Source: Bugula neritina (lineage: Eukaryota > Animalia > Bryozoa). From it: a DNA stretch of 64,000 nt. Of the stretch, positions 14,268-27,400 are shown one piece after another. Numbering within the stretch: position 1 is the first letter of the stretch; every line of letters starts with the position of its first letter. The stretch covers positions 4,082,722 through 4,146,721 of the forward strand of contig OZ037766.1 of NCBI GenBank assembly GCA_964035545.1, written 5' to 3'. A model generated the notes under the pieces. The model had not been told where the DNA came from. It ran no database searches and was given only the letters and a program-made list of their open reading frames with translations. The translations under genes were made by a program, and so were the position numbers.

Positions 14268-17111
14268 TTACTTTTTGTATATAGCTAGTCTGTAACTCTG
14301 TCGACAGCCAGCAATAAACATATTCTGCGACCCTAGCAAAGCTGATGAGCCAGCAACACTTCCTGTCTGCAAGCCATCCAGGTGTGTCTTCAAGACGTTC
14401 ATGTAAGTGGTGTACCTTTGCAACTGAAGCAAACATATTTTACATTATTGTATTTCATTATGTTCTATAAAAAATAAGTATGATTGGCTTGGTTCTAACT
14501 GCAAAAACTAAAAGATAAGACAACTGCCAGTGCTGGTTATAAATAATATTGTATGAAGATGATATTACAAGAGTCAATATTGTAATAAACTTCAAGTTAT
14601 AAACAAAATGGCAGACATTATCAATTAAACTTCATGCCACATTTGGGTAGTCTGCTTCATATGCAGGTAAACTTACCTGCATTTGCTGAATGTATTTACT
14701 TTCTGCATAATCACGTAGCTTCGTCTTTTTACTATCCTTTGATTCGTCAAGGATCTTGGAGTTGTGTAACAAATCCGCACCAACATGTCTGACTCTAGAT
14801 TCATACCAGTGCAGACGCTCTTTCTGTATACACAGCATGGAAATTGATAGTAATATTTTGTATTTTCTGCTAAATTATATCAGCTCAGGCTTTAACAAGA
14901 TGGACTGTGGATCAAACATAATTTCTTGCAATAGTCAGCTGACTATATTGTGGTAAGGTACTTTACCATTTGAATAAAGTTGGGTGATGATGCAATATGT
15001 CTTGGAAAGTTATTGCTGTCTTCAACCTCCAGGTGCTGAGAAAAACAAGCTGCCATCAGGTTTATGCTTTTAATCCAATCAAACATTAAATCCTTGCTTC
15101 TAAAATAGCAAGTTATAAGTCAATGCCAAATCTCAGTAGACTTATCTGTACAAGAAAGATGAGATTTTAAAAGTATAATAAACAGTGAGATTAATATGTC
15201 ATGAATATTTATCTTATCTTATTATTTTATGCTGTATCGCAGTGTAAAACTAGTGCAGAAATATTAGTTTAGGACACATAACAATGTAAATGGTTAAGGT
15301 AATCTACCAACTAAGTTGAATAGCAAGAGCACATTTCTAAAAAAAATGTCACTTTATTATAATTTTCACTCTATCACAATATAAATTGTCAGAATGGTCT
15401 ATTTGTTGTGATTTATTTGTACTTGTAATAATTTGTAGGGTTTATAAAGATTATTATGTAAGGGAGCAGTCTTAGTCCAAGGGTTAGAGCGTTTGCCAGT
15501 AAGCACGAAGTCATGGGTTTGAGCCCCGACATAGGCCATTGGTGAGCATCCAGTCATAATTTCTCTTGTGCCCAATCTGAATACGTCCTTAGTCCGAATT
15601 AACAAAAAATCCTTTCCATCGAGGGTTTTCTGATAGGGATGGTGACTATAAACTTGCGTGAGTTTTTTTTATAGATCTTATGTGGATCAGATACTGGTTT
15701 ATTAGTTTGAATGTTTATCATATAAAACACAGTATTCACATAGTTACAATAGGTGGGAGGAAATTACAACATAAACAGTTATCATATTATGACCTAAATA
15801 TATGATGGTCTGTCTAAATTCTATTGTATGACACTTAATTCAGTGTAAAACATTTTTCCAATTTTTTTCACTAGTCTAATAAATTTTTAGCTAAGAAATG
15901 GAGTCGTATTTTCTATCACAAAGATTTTTGCTTTTTTCTGAGCCTATCGTCATAGCATAGGGCAAAAATACACTAACATTTTTTCATATTTAATTGCGAA
16001 AGTAATTTGCTATCAATGGCTATTCAACAGTGCGTTTAGGAATTTCGATAATAGCAATGTTACAACAGTTTTAATTATTTGATTGAAAAGTAGTAGAAAT
16101 CTGCACACATCAACCTCTACTGATTTACACAGAAACTTACCCAGTGACAAAGAGAAACTCAGATCCGTCGCTCGTGGTTAGGGTAAAGGCGTGTTTCCTC
16201 TTTGTGTAGTGAGTGGCAACAGCGGCATATGCATTGTCTATATCGATATGCTTCACTACTTTAGGTTTGCGATGCAAATGCTTCTCTGATTTTAGTAATT
16301 GCAGTTTCAGGTCTGTGAGATGCACATAATGCCTTTTCCACCCACGCTTACCCGACCGAGCTAAAGTGTAATAGTACTGTTGTGTTATAATATTATAGAC
16401 AGTCATTTTAAATTAAGAATTGTCTCACCACTGCCGATTACAAACAGCCCAAACACCATTCTCACCAAGCTTAGAACACTATAAATAAGCTGCTACTTTT
16501 ATGCAACTTCTTCATAAGTTAGAAAAAATAGATTTAAATTCATTTTCTTCAATGATACTAAAAAATTATGCATAAATGATGTGGAGAGTCTTAATATTTA
16601 ATGGACATAAATATTATGCATATCCTGGTCGTTTTTAGATAACTCTATAGCTACATTACAAATTCTTAGGTGTAGCTCTAGAAATTATTATTGTGAATTA
16701 TGTTGAAGATGAAACCAACACCAGCTAAACAGACTATATCGGCAAGATGCAAAGCTTATTCTATTTTTAAAACTCTAACTTACTTTTAAGACCCTTTGGC
16801 CCAGCACAGTGTTTCTTCAACAAGTAGCCTTTCATTGTACCTGAAGCTCTGAGCTCACTCTGGGATTTCAACTAAAGTGAAAAGTATAATAAAAATAAGT
16901 ATAGCATTCTTAACATGGTTTTCCTTTTCATTTTTACAATAATTATGTTAATATCTGAATTTATTTTGTCAAACATACAAATGAGCGTACAACTTACTGT
17001 GTTTTGACTGCGATAGGTATGACTAGGATATAGAGACGATGCTTTAGAGGAAAGACAACTTCCTTCTCTAAAACATAATTTGGAAAACATAGTGTTATGA
17101 GTACATTTGTG

Positions 17112-17196
<85 letters not shown>

Positions 17197-20100
17197 AGTT
17201 ATATAAATATAATATACTAGATAATAAAGACTCTTACCAAAATTTATGAAAATTGAAAAGAGAATATAATTATTTTTTGTAGTCTAATTATTTAACTTGA
17301 GTGCACTTAGGTCTTAGAGTGAGTGGAGAATTCTGTAAACCAGTTGCGTTAGAGAAGATGATGTCATACTATTGCTACGACTTACTCATTCTCAGAATCT
17401 TCATTGAAAGGTTCAACTCCGTAATTAAATGAGTCTGAGAGCCGTCTTGCCTCTTCGTCCCTGTAAAATAACACAGACTAATCTAACATATAAAATATTG
17501 TAGTCCCGATATAATCTATAGTCATCAACTGAAAAGTGTTCACCATGTACATATTATCACTCAAGTGTAAAATTGTTAATGATTGGGTTATGGCTAGACC
17601 AGTAAAATGCATTTTCTCATAATTTAAATTATTCCTAATTATTAACAATTAACTCCCTTTTCCAACAAGACTACATATAATCAACAAACAAATGACCTAT
17701 AATCATACTATGCAGTATTGACATGATTAAGACCAGTTTCAGCATATGCATAGATTTAGATAAATATTACCATATGCTAAACTTCTCAATTGTTGTAATT
17801 ATAAATGTAGCATTTATTTAATTTGTAATTTTCAAACACAATAATTTCTTTCTTAGACAACTTTAACCTAATTATAGCTGTTCGCTTGTCTTTTCATGCA
17901 GTGAGCATATCTTATTTTAGCTGTATATATGTTGTACAAGTCTATCATGATTTCTCATTTACAGCAATTATAACGCTACATTACATCAATTATCAGCATT
18001 GATGACGTGGTTATTCCATTTGAAGTTATCTCCAATTACATTAATGGTTGTTAGATTAGCAGAACTGCTAACTATAAACAAACCCTGGTAACTCAATCAG
18101 CTCCAACTGGCAGGTGGAAAGTGTTCACTGCACAATATTGGTATGAGCAACCACCACTAAAATGTTTTAAATTGACTCACCGTAGGGGCATGAGAGGCTG
18201 AGCTTTGACTTCATTGAAGCAGTGAGCTAATAGTTCTGGAGGGAAATCTTTGCCATCATTCAGCTGCGAAAGATTCTCTGTGAAAAGCTTTTTAGCTTCT
18301 TCTAAGTTTGTCTAGAAAATAATAACACCCTGCATGTGTATTATGAATGTTGTACCTAGGATTTGAAGGTCAAAGGTTAGAAGCAAGAGAGGTTATGCTT
18401 AGGTTATGAAAAGATAAATAAAATAAACAGGCTAGGTAAAAGATTGAAAGCTGAAAGTTGTAGACCATATGGCAAAAATTGCGATTTAAAGTTACGAATT
18501 ATTCTGTAAAACTGATATGATGTAAATGTTGCAAGTGACTTGCTTCAAAATGTCATTTTTGTAAAAACTTCTGCTCCCCCTTCCGGGAATCAAATCACAG
18601 ACCTCCAACTCGCAAGCTATCGTGCTAATCATTGCGCTATAGAAGCTACTGGGGAATTGTGACACTGCAATTTCTAGAATTAATCCTTTCAAATTGATTC
18701 TGTGATTACCTCCCCATTGACTAGGTTACAGGGCAACTCACCTCCCCGGAAGTAGAAATATCTTCATTGAGTAGCACCAGCGCACACACCAAGGTATGGC
18801 ACGAATCTGGAAACAAAATCAATATAAGTGCTAATAACTAGTCGGGAGCGGACCTCCCTTGCCTCAAATACCAGCAGACCAGTCTTTGGATCAAAAATTT
18901 CTGGCAGACAACTGGTAATGTACATAGTATGTTATATTATGTTTAATACAAGAAAGCTATGTAGAGATCAAGTTATATATAATATTGCTTGGACAATTTA
19001 TTTATTATTTTGATATCATACGGTTACACTCCATTACAGCTTTTTTATTTGTAAAATCAGGGAGCTGTGAAAGCATAAACATTTGTCCAACAATTTTCAT
19101 TACATATTCGGATTTGTCACCTCTGTCACAATGCTGTGAATTGATCACCTGCTATAGAGTGTCAACTGAGTATGTGTAAGTCATAATGAGCTCATACTCA
19201 GACATAAAGCATGAGAAGGCTAGTAGCTCACTTTAGAAGTATAGCCCATGTTATTCGATCATAGAATAACATGCTAAATGATTTGACATGTGGCCAAAAC
19301 TCCTGAATGCTACTTATCAAAAATCAAAAGCTACTACTAGCTTGTAGCAAGACATTATGAAACATTTTTAGAAAAAGTTATTTGTGGACTATAATGCATA
19401 AATAAAAGTTAGTTTAACCTATATATTTGATTTTTTAAATTCTGAAATAGTTTTACATTTTATGCTGTTTGGATATTAAAAGCTATAATTTCTTTTAAAT
19501 CTGCTTGCATTAAAATTAGAAAACACCTCAAAGCAAACAACCAGCTATGACTTATACTAGCATGTCATGTGATTTACATTAGCATGTCATGTGACTTACA
19601 CTAGCATGTCATGTGACTTACATTAGCATGTCATGTGACTTACACTAGCACGTTATATGTGGCTTCACCTAAATAACTAATATAATATGCTAATTTACCT
19701 TCAGATTGGAATGTTTGAGCAAATTGTGTGAACTGATTGCATTGAAAATATCTGGAGGTGAAATGCAGCAGAATCCTCTCCCTACCCTCTAGACTAGTTT
19801 CTAGAGATGTGTGACTGAGGAAGGTCCTAAGGCTATCCACCAACCCATAGCCAGTGAAATCGAAAAAACTTAAAAATTCTTTAACCATCTGTTGAGTGAA
19901 CTCATCGCTAAAACAACAAACAAGCTAGCAACAAGTAATCAAGAATTACTATTTGCAAGATGTACTAATAGTAGGTATGCTATACCAGCTATCTTATTGC
20001 AATCATTCTTATATATGAAGGAATAATTAACAATTAATAGGAAATTATCATTCCAGTAATAAATGGGCTTTTAATGGGAGGATGAACATAACTGTATTGA

Positions 20101-21784
20101 CTGCTATGTAATATAATCTTGGCTGGTATCATCTAACACTAAAGTTTAAATAGATGATTGCATGTACTCTAAGATGTAGAGAACAATATGCCTGTGATGG
20201 GAGATTGACTCTATTTTTCTACAGTAATACAAGTTATACAAGCTTTTTGTTAAACCCAGGAGGTAGTCTTCTAATGTTATTCACCAGGTATTATTTCATG
20301 CTGCTAGATGAGTGTGTGCTGTAAGGGTTTGAACCCTCCCCACTGAATGAGATAGATTGGGAGATTATCTACTATAATAATTCAGTCCAACTTTGCTCAA
20401 AATCAAAGGCTGCAATTCATTAGAATCATACTAGCTAGGATTGTAACTTTACTGAATACCACCATTACAAGACTAGATTAGAAGGAGGATTAGCTCTAGA
20501 CAATAAATTATGAGTCCTTAAAAAGTATTATATTATATTATACTAGAATGAATGAATTTCTAGTGTATTCATAACTGCAGAGTGAAATAGCTTTCATTCA
20601 AATTTTTAAGGTGATGGGTCAATGCGGTCAGAATGCAAGTAACCATGTCTATGAGTGAAAGAAGATAATGTACATAGGAAGATCTTACAGCATACGTAAT
20701 AGTAGGGGATAGAATACACCAACTAAGTCTTGTGGGATTGAGTATAATTGTGTATCCTATCTATTAGGTATATATAGAGTGCACCTAGTACAACATGAAT
20801 AAACTAATAGCTTATTACATTAGTTAAATCATATTAGCTTGCTCTTTCTTATAAGTCATATCACAAAACCTTTAATTGATATACTCTCTCATCTCACATA
20901 TAGTGTATATATAGAAAACTAGTTGGCCCAGTTGCTCTAATCTCCTATATTTGAATACATTTTCCTAGTAAAATAAGCTATACAAGCTTTTTGCTTCATA
21001 ATAATGGTAGTTTTGGGAAACTCTTCACCGGACCAGTTATTCTGATTTCATACAGCTAGACAAGTGCAGGTCATAAGAGTTTGTAGCCCATGAAAAGTAG
21101 ATTGTCTGGAAACTGTCTACTATAATAATAATTCACAGTTCAACGTAACTATCATTACCATCTGTTGAGTTTACCAATAATGTTGGTGTTTAGATTGACT
21201 ATACCAGCTATAAGACAAAACAGCACATACCTGTTCAACAGGTAAACTAACCTTTTAATCAGATAGTGGCACACATCGGATATCTTGAACCCATCTAGCT
21301 GATAGAGTCTAGTAGCAAGCCGATGAGCTGAGGGTTGGTCTGCAGCGCCCCCAGACTCCGCACCACTGTCAGCTCGAGGGGAGGGGTGATTTTCATCTTC
21401 TGTGTCATCACTAAGCGTAACGTCTATCCCACTGTCCTCTGTATTCACCTGTCTTCTGCCAGCATCTTTATTGCTTCCTTCTTCTGGCCTCATAAATCCA
21501 GGTATAAATTCTCGACTTCCAGCATTTGGACTAGTAGCTAATGTAGAGTTCCCAACATCCGGGTCTTTAGTTCTCTCACTGTTGTTATTTTCTTTGGTTG
21601 GAGCCGTAGTGACTGTATGGCAATGCTCTCTCTGAACTGGTGGCTGGTCTGAGTCCAGTGGCAACTGCCTAGTTGGTTTAAAGGGGTTTGTGTTGTAGTT
21701 GGTTCTAATGATGGCATCTCCGGTCATAACAAAAGTGTGGAAGCCCCTCCTAGGGCCCCCAACCTCTGAGCAGGTACTATCCAT
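14268..21784 (-). CDS. PSD: PH and Sec7 domain-containing protein (PSD/EFA6-like ARF6 GEF family), divergent
   Basis: Exons 21252-21784, 19699-19907, 18742-18806, 18181-18311, 17386-17460, 16998-17067, 16784-16871, 16141-16360, 14967-15099, 14677-14823, 14268-14423 join in frame. Sec7: LATRLYQLDGFK, FFDFTGYGLVDSLRTFL, RERILLHFTSRY, HTLVCALVLLN, LNDGKDFP. PH: GKRGWKRHY, ATHYTKRKHAF, WIKSINLMAA. C-terminal coiled coil LQRYTTY and RQSYRLAI. The start codon is less certain. Confidence 0.85.
15462..15665 (+). mobile_element. tRNA-derived SINE copy
   Basis: Degenerate A/B boxes; similar over ~200 bp to 27187-27400. Confidence 0.7.
17118..17191. repeat. (TA)n microsatellite
   Basis: Direct inspection. 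Confidence 0.95.
19548..19650. repeat. 22-bp tandem repeat (ACACTAGCATGTCATGTGACTT)n
   Basis: About 4.5 copies in a PSD intron. Confidence 0.85.
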
Positions 21785-24700
21785 GCTAAGAGTTACTCAG
21801 GACTCAGCTTACGCTCAAGCCACAGGAGTTGCTGACTACATTGCTGCCAGTGAAGTGCTGAATTCTCCCTTGTGTATAGACCTTATATTACTCTTAGTAT
21901 ACTGATACAGCTGCTCCAACTATAATAAGTATAATATAGAATCAATAATAACCTGTAATGATCAGACACTTGTCTATGAATAACAACTTCCACCATATGG
22001 TTAAAAGAGCACCACTATACAATATATGGGATGTTATGTACTAATAGCATGAAGTGTACAGATTTTATGGGACTCTCACCTTGTAAAGATCAGCTAAATG
22101 TACAGCCACTAAAGAGATGTACTTTGAGCCACACTGGGATGGAACTAACAACTGAAAGTAGCAGAAAAGGTCACAGGCTTGGAGAAATGGCAAGAAGACC
22201 CTGGAACAATAACATTGCTGTATTTACAAAGCCTATAAAACACATAAATATGTATTGCTTGCTTCATGTAATATAAGCAAGATTTTGTATTCCACACAGC
22301 AAAATAATGAAACTATTTAGTGAAAGTAGACAAACCAAAATCATTAGAGAAATACAGAAAATATATACAGCAAGCTTGCATGTTATTGTTTGATGATGCC
22401 TTAAAGGGGGCTTCGAGCTGTCCATGTCATATTGATTCAAAATGCAACGGATTTTGCTTTTGCACATGCTTTGATTAAACAGTTTTATTGTTATATGATA
22501 CTAAATACCACAAAGTAAAATACAAGTTAGGGAAACTGTTTACACTATTCTATGCCACTTAAAATTTAAGTTGATCTGAAACTGGAGTTCTAGATATTGT
22601 GAGATCACTGAGAAGTAAACCTAAGAGTAAATATTTGTATTTCTAGTCTATAAATAGCAATTTTTGAAGGCGTATTTCGGTAAGTATAAAGAAATTTAGG
22701 GCATATGTAGTCCACAACTCAGCTGAGTGCCTGTAATCTTTCCTCTAATCTATCAAGATAGGGTGACCTAAAGATAAGAAGGTTGACATTTGCTTACTAT
22801 TTTATATCATCCCTTCACTATTACTTAGTATCAATGCTACTTGCTAGAGAAAGTAGAAGTTTAAAACTGTTTATTGAAACCCCCCCCCCCCATTTTTAAG
22901 CATGGTGTGCTATAAATGACCTTCACTTCCATCTGTCTCATACCCCATAACGCCATCCTACACCCTGTCTTGCCCCTCTCTCGCACCCCTGTATTACACA
23001 TCTTGTCTCACACCCTTCTCTCTCACGCCCATGCTACAAACCTCTGAAATCTCACTCTCAAACTTGGTTATTTCTAAATAGAAGCTACACCTAAAAACTA
23101 AAAGCCTGACCCAAGGGACATCAGTATCTGTACCCTCCTCTCCAGCAGCTGGCAAATATCTGGAGTGACCTGACTAGAAATCAAATTATAGTCCTACTAG
23201 AACTGTAAGTCTAGCGTCTAGATGCTTGATTCCAGTTGCATCACAATATAACTTGTGTTGCGAAACTATAAGGATGATGCGGTATAGGCATGACATATCC
23301 TAATACAGGACATCTAAACAGATTAGAAAAAGGAACTCCTTCCACTGGCTAATATTTATTGTTTAGTAACTGAATACAGAAAGAAGAGCAATTTTTAAGC
23401 TTACAGAGAGTGCATGGCTCATCGCTACCAACACTATAAGACTATACCTAAGCTGAGATACTCCGTATACACTCTATACACTCTATAGATTCTAATAAGA
23501 GGGTTTTTAGTTAACTTTCTATATTAACTGAAGTTGCCTTTATGATATACTAATATCATTAGTTGTGAAACTGGTATATATCTTAAGCAGATTTAGCAGC
23601 TATGGAGATGTGCTATTTCTTATTGAGCTTCAAATGTAAACTTGGCACATGTTGACTGCCCTAGATGTGAGCCCCAATCCAATGTTATTGCAGGGCACTT
23701 GCCAAACCTGCCAATTTTTAAACTTTAGCCTCAGATATCACTAGAGTTTCCAATTTGCTATTTGAGTTCTCATGCTATAGACACAGTTCTATTGAACAGC
23801 ATATACCACATGGAGGAGACAAATCCATGAATGTACAGAAAGTTGACTGTCTGACCTGCTGACGCTGTCAGACGATTTTCATTGGTCGAAGGTGTACAAA
23901 CTGGCTCAGCAGTCTCTAGTAAATTAGGTGGCAAATGTCAGTCTAACATTTACTGTACACAGCAGACAGCAAGGTGACTATAAATTTAACAAGTAAATGT
24001 CACAAAATATCAAGGTCAACTGCCAAGGTCATAGTGTGATATTCAAGGGGTTATTGACACTCAGTTTTGAGAATAAGTCTGCTTTGAGTAGTAGGGAATA
24101 GTAAGATGATCGGAGGTGGGAGAAAATCCACCTGACAATGTTCAGTCAATTTTAGCACCACAGGTGCTAATCAAAGCAACTGCATCAAAAACAACAACTT
24201 TAAATCAATCAGAAAATGAAAATGGAAAACAAAATAACTAATAAATTCGTAATACACTTTTGTATTGCGTAATGTTTATAAGATAGTTTACTGCCTTAAG
24301 ATCTTTAGAATGTAGGTTGCTGAGATGAGTAAATTTATGAGAGAGTTTTATGAGACCATTAACTAACTACTGGAGTTTACACAGCTTACTGTATGCTATG
24401 GAACCGCAGTGACTGAAAGCTATCATTACACAAAAAGTAAACCAGGATGCTGTATGTGGATTATATAGCCCTAGAAATTACTTGAGCAATTACTGACAGC
24501 TAATATTGCACGCTGAATAGACGGCAGTCCAAAGGCACTGTGTTATGGGCAACTAACATGTAATTCAATTAATAAAGTAGTGCTAATAAATTATATTGTG
24601 AGCTTTTTATGGGGGAGAATATAGCTGAAAGCAGCAGTACTGTATAACAGAGCTTTCTATAGGCTAAAATCTAAATGCTTGACTAGAAAGAATGTTGGGC

Positions 24701-26483
24701 GTCTTACAGGGCTTCTACATTCTTTACTATAGCCCTGAGAGTGCCCTCAAAATCTGAACTACCATGGGCACAAAGCAAATTTGTTTTGCCCTGGAACCAT
24801 TTAAAATTGTTTAAAGAATGCATTTCAGGCTAGACCTATTAAAATACAAAACAAACTTTCAAGATTTGAAATTTGGCAAAGCTTACCGAAATGCCAAAGC
24901 ATCATTGATGCTCATTACATGACATTACAATACAGTAGGTTGTTGACAATCAATAAGTAATTATGTGTCCTAATTAAATATTGTGGCTTGTGAAATGTGA
25001 CCTGCCTGGACATGTCATGAAAAGTAGATATACAAAATAGCTTCGTGGCAGGTTGAAAACAAACTGAGAGTTTTCTAGTCAAAACTGTCAGCAAATACAG
25101 ATGCCTTTTGATTGAAGGCTGCAAAATTTCAAGCTCAGTTTTTACTACAGTTAACTAGTTTTTGTGTAAAGAAATCTGAGAAGCAAGGCACCTGCTCACT
25201 TTTGCCTGCTCTAATTTTATTTGCTAGCTGTTGCAGCTTACGGCAAGGGAATACAAATGATTACAGTTTATAGCTGAAGAAGATAAATAATTATATAGCT
25301 AATAGCAAAGGAATATAAAAATGATCAGCCTTTTTTCTTCATCTCGCTATCATTATGTTTTTCTACTGCTGTTGTTTTTCACCCTTCTAATTGACTAGGT
25401 AACATCAGTGCCAGATGTTGCTAGCCACTTTAGCCAATAAGCTAGCAAATCATGATGTTTTGTTGGAAAAACACAGGAACAAAGAGATACAAGCTGAGCA
25501 TTAGCCTTATTAGATGTAGATAATCATACACTTCCTGATGTTATTAGAAGTCTTGACTATTGCTGTGGCCGCACAGATCTGTGGTGAAAGTATCTTAAGA
25601 ATCCACCACATAAATGTACTTTTCTCTGTCCAAGTGTGGTCGTGGCTTCTGTACCTTAGCTTCTCTTCTGTGTTTGTTAATGCAGCCCTAACCCTCCCCC
25701 CCCCAGCTATTATAATGAATAGAGGTTGGATTTGCAGCTTGTATGATTATTTGAATTTCCTACCACATTTCTAAAAGCTAATTAAAATGTCACGTTGAAG
25801 CTAAGTTTGAATAGACTCATCGTGAGTATATAATACTTACAATTATGGCTGTATTAATATACAAAATATTAGAAATAAAAATTATTGAGTTCTCAGTTTA
25901 TGCAACTCTCTAAAAAACATATTGAAAGCAAATTTACAAATTTCCTTCTTGTAGTAAAATCTGAGTTACACTATTTCTATATATTACAGTTTACAGGAAA
26001 TAAAGTCTAAACACGCTGAAATTATGAATATTCAATAAATATTGCACCATTTAATGCAAGTTGCCCTTATAATAGCCTGAAATCTCTTAGACCTACACAT
26101 CATTCTGTAAACCCAATAAAATAGTAAGGGGAGGGGGAGTAAAAACCAAAGCTAACTTTAAAGTATACCCATAGATCTACTAATGGGCTAGTATAAGCTT
26201 GTAAACTAGACTTCCATTAGTATCCAATGTTTATACTATATTGTATATACATCCCAGACTGTACAGTATAGTATAGCTAGTAGTCACATGATGATGAAAG
26301 TTATTATATGTAGTTTATATTACTACTATAGTTTAACTATATTATATGCAACTTATATTACTAGTAGTAGAATTAGTACAGTTATAACTTGACTTTAGTA
26401 TAGTTTGTAATCATGAGAATGAATAATGTTATAGAATTAAAATAATGATAGGGTGCACTTGTACTACTGGGTTGACTATGTTA

Positions 26484-26712
26484 TATACTCTATACTCTAT
26501 ATACTCTATACTCTATGTTCTATACTCTATACTCTACACTCTATACTCTATACTCTATACTCTTTGTTCTATACTCTATACTCTACAGTCTATACTCTAT
26601 GTTCTATACTCTATACTCTTTGTTCTATACTCCATACTCTACACTCTATACTCTATGTTCTATACTCTACACTCTTTGTTCTATACTCTATACTCTACAC
26701 TCTATACTCTAT
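26484..26712. repeat. (TACTCTA)n heptamer satellite
   Basis: Direct inspection; accounts for the spurious YSILYTL ORFs. Confidence 0.92.
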
Positions 26713-27186
26713 AGTTGGCTTATGGTGATGGCTGGTCTCCATTACCCAATTAATACTCAAACTATACAATAATATAAATTAAATATAAATAAAAAATGTT
26801 GCTTCACTAAAAGTACCAGCTGTATATAATAATATTTACTAGAAATATGAGCATGAGGAATTCAAACAACATCTGTTTTTTGTTTCAAATTTTAGACAAA
26901 TTGAGATTTTTGCGTCTACACAGATGTGTGCAGATCCCATACATTCAACTCTCTCACTCGGACTGAACTTGAGGTGCGTCTAGCAATATGATGGAATAAA
27001 CCAAAGTGCAACATAATTAATTTATATCAAAAGTAGTGCTAATGTATAATGCAGATTCAGAGTGCAGTTGTTTATAAAATTATACTTACATGTTATAAAT
27101 AATCACAATAACAAAAATATTCAATTACTATTAAAATAGTGTTTAAACACATGCACAGGGTTGTAAAATATTTTAATAGTAATCAA

Positions 27187-27400
27187 CAGTCTTGGTCTAG
27201 GGGTTAGATCGTTTGCCTAGTGAGCACGGAGTCATGGGTTCGAACCCGACAAAGGCCATCAGTGATGTTAGGAAGAGCATCCAGTCATAATTGCTCCTGT
27301 GGCTTGTGCCTCATCTGAACAAATCCCTAGCCCGATCTAACAAAAATCCTTTCCATTAAGGAGTTTCTCACAGGAATAGCAACTATAAACTTTCGTGAAT
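27187..27400 (+). mobile_element. tRNA-derived SINE copy
   Basis: A box TGGTCTAGGGG, B box GGTTCGAACCC, core GGAAGAGCATCCAGTCATAA; paralog of 15462-15665. Confidence 0.75.

Noticed and set aside
15462-15540. tRNA gene
   Set aside because: The cloverleaf is not intact and similarity to 27187-27400 extends ~130 bp beyond the tRNA-like head, indicating a SINE.
26445-26772. YSILYTL repeat ORFs
   Set aside because: Heptamer satellite with no splice or coding context.
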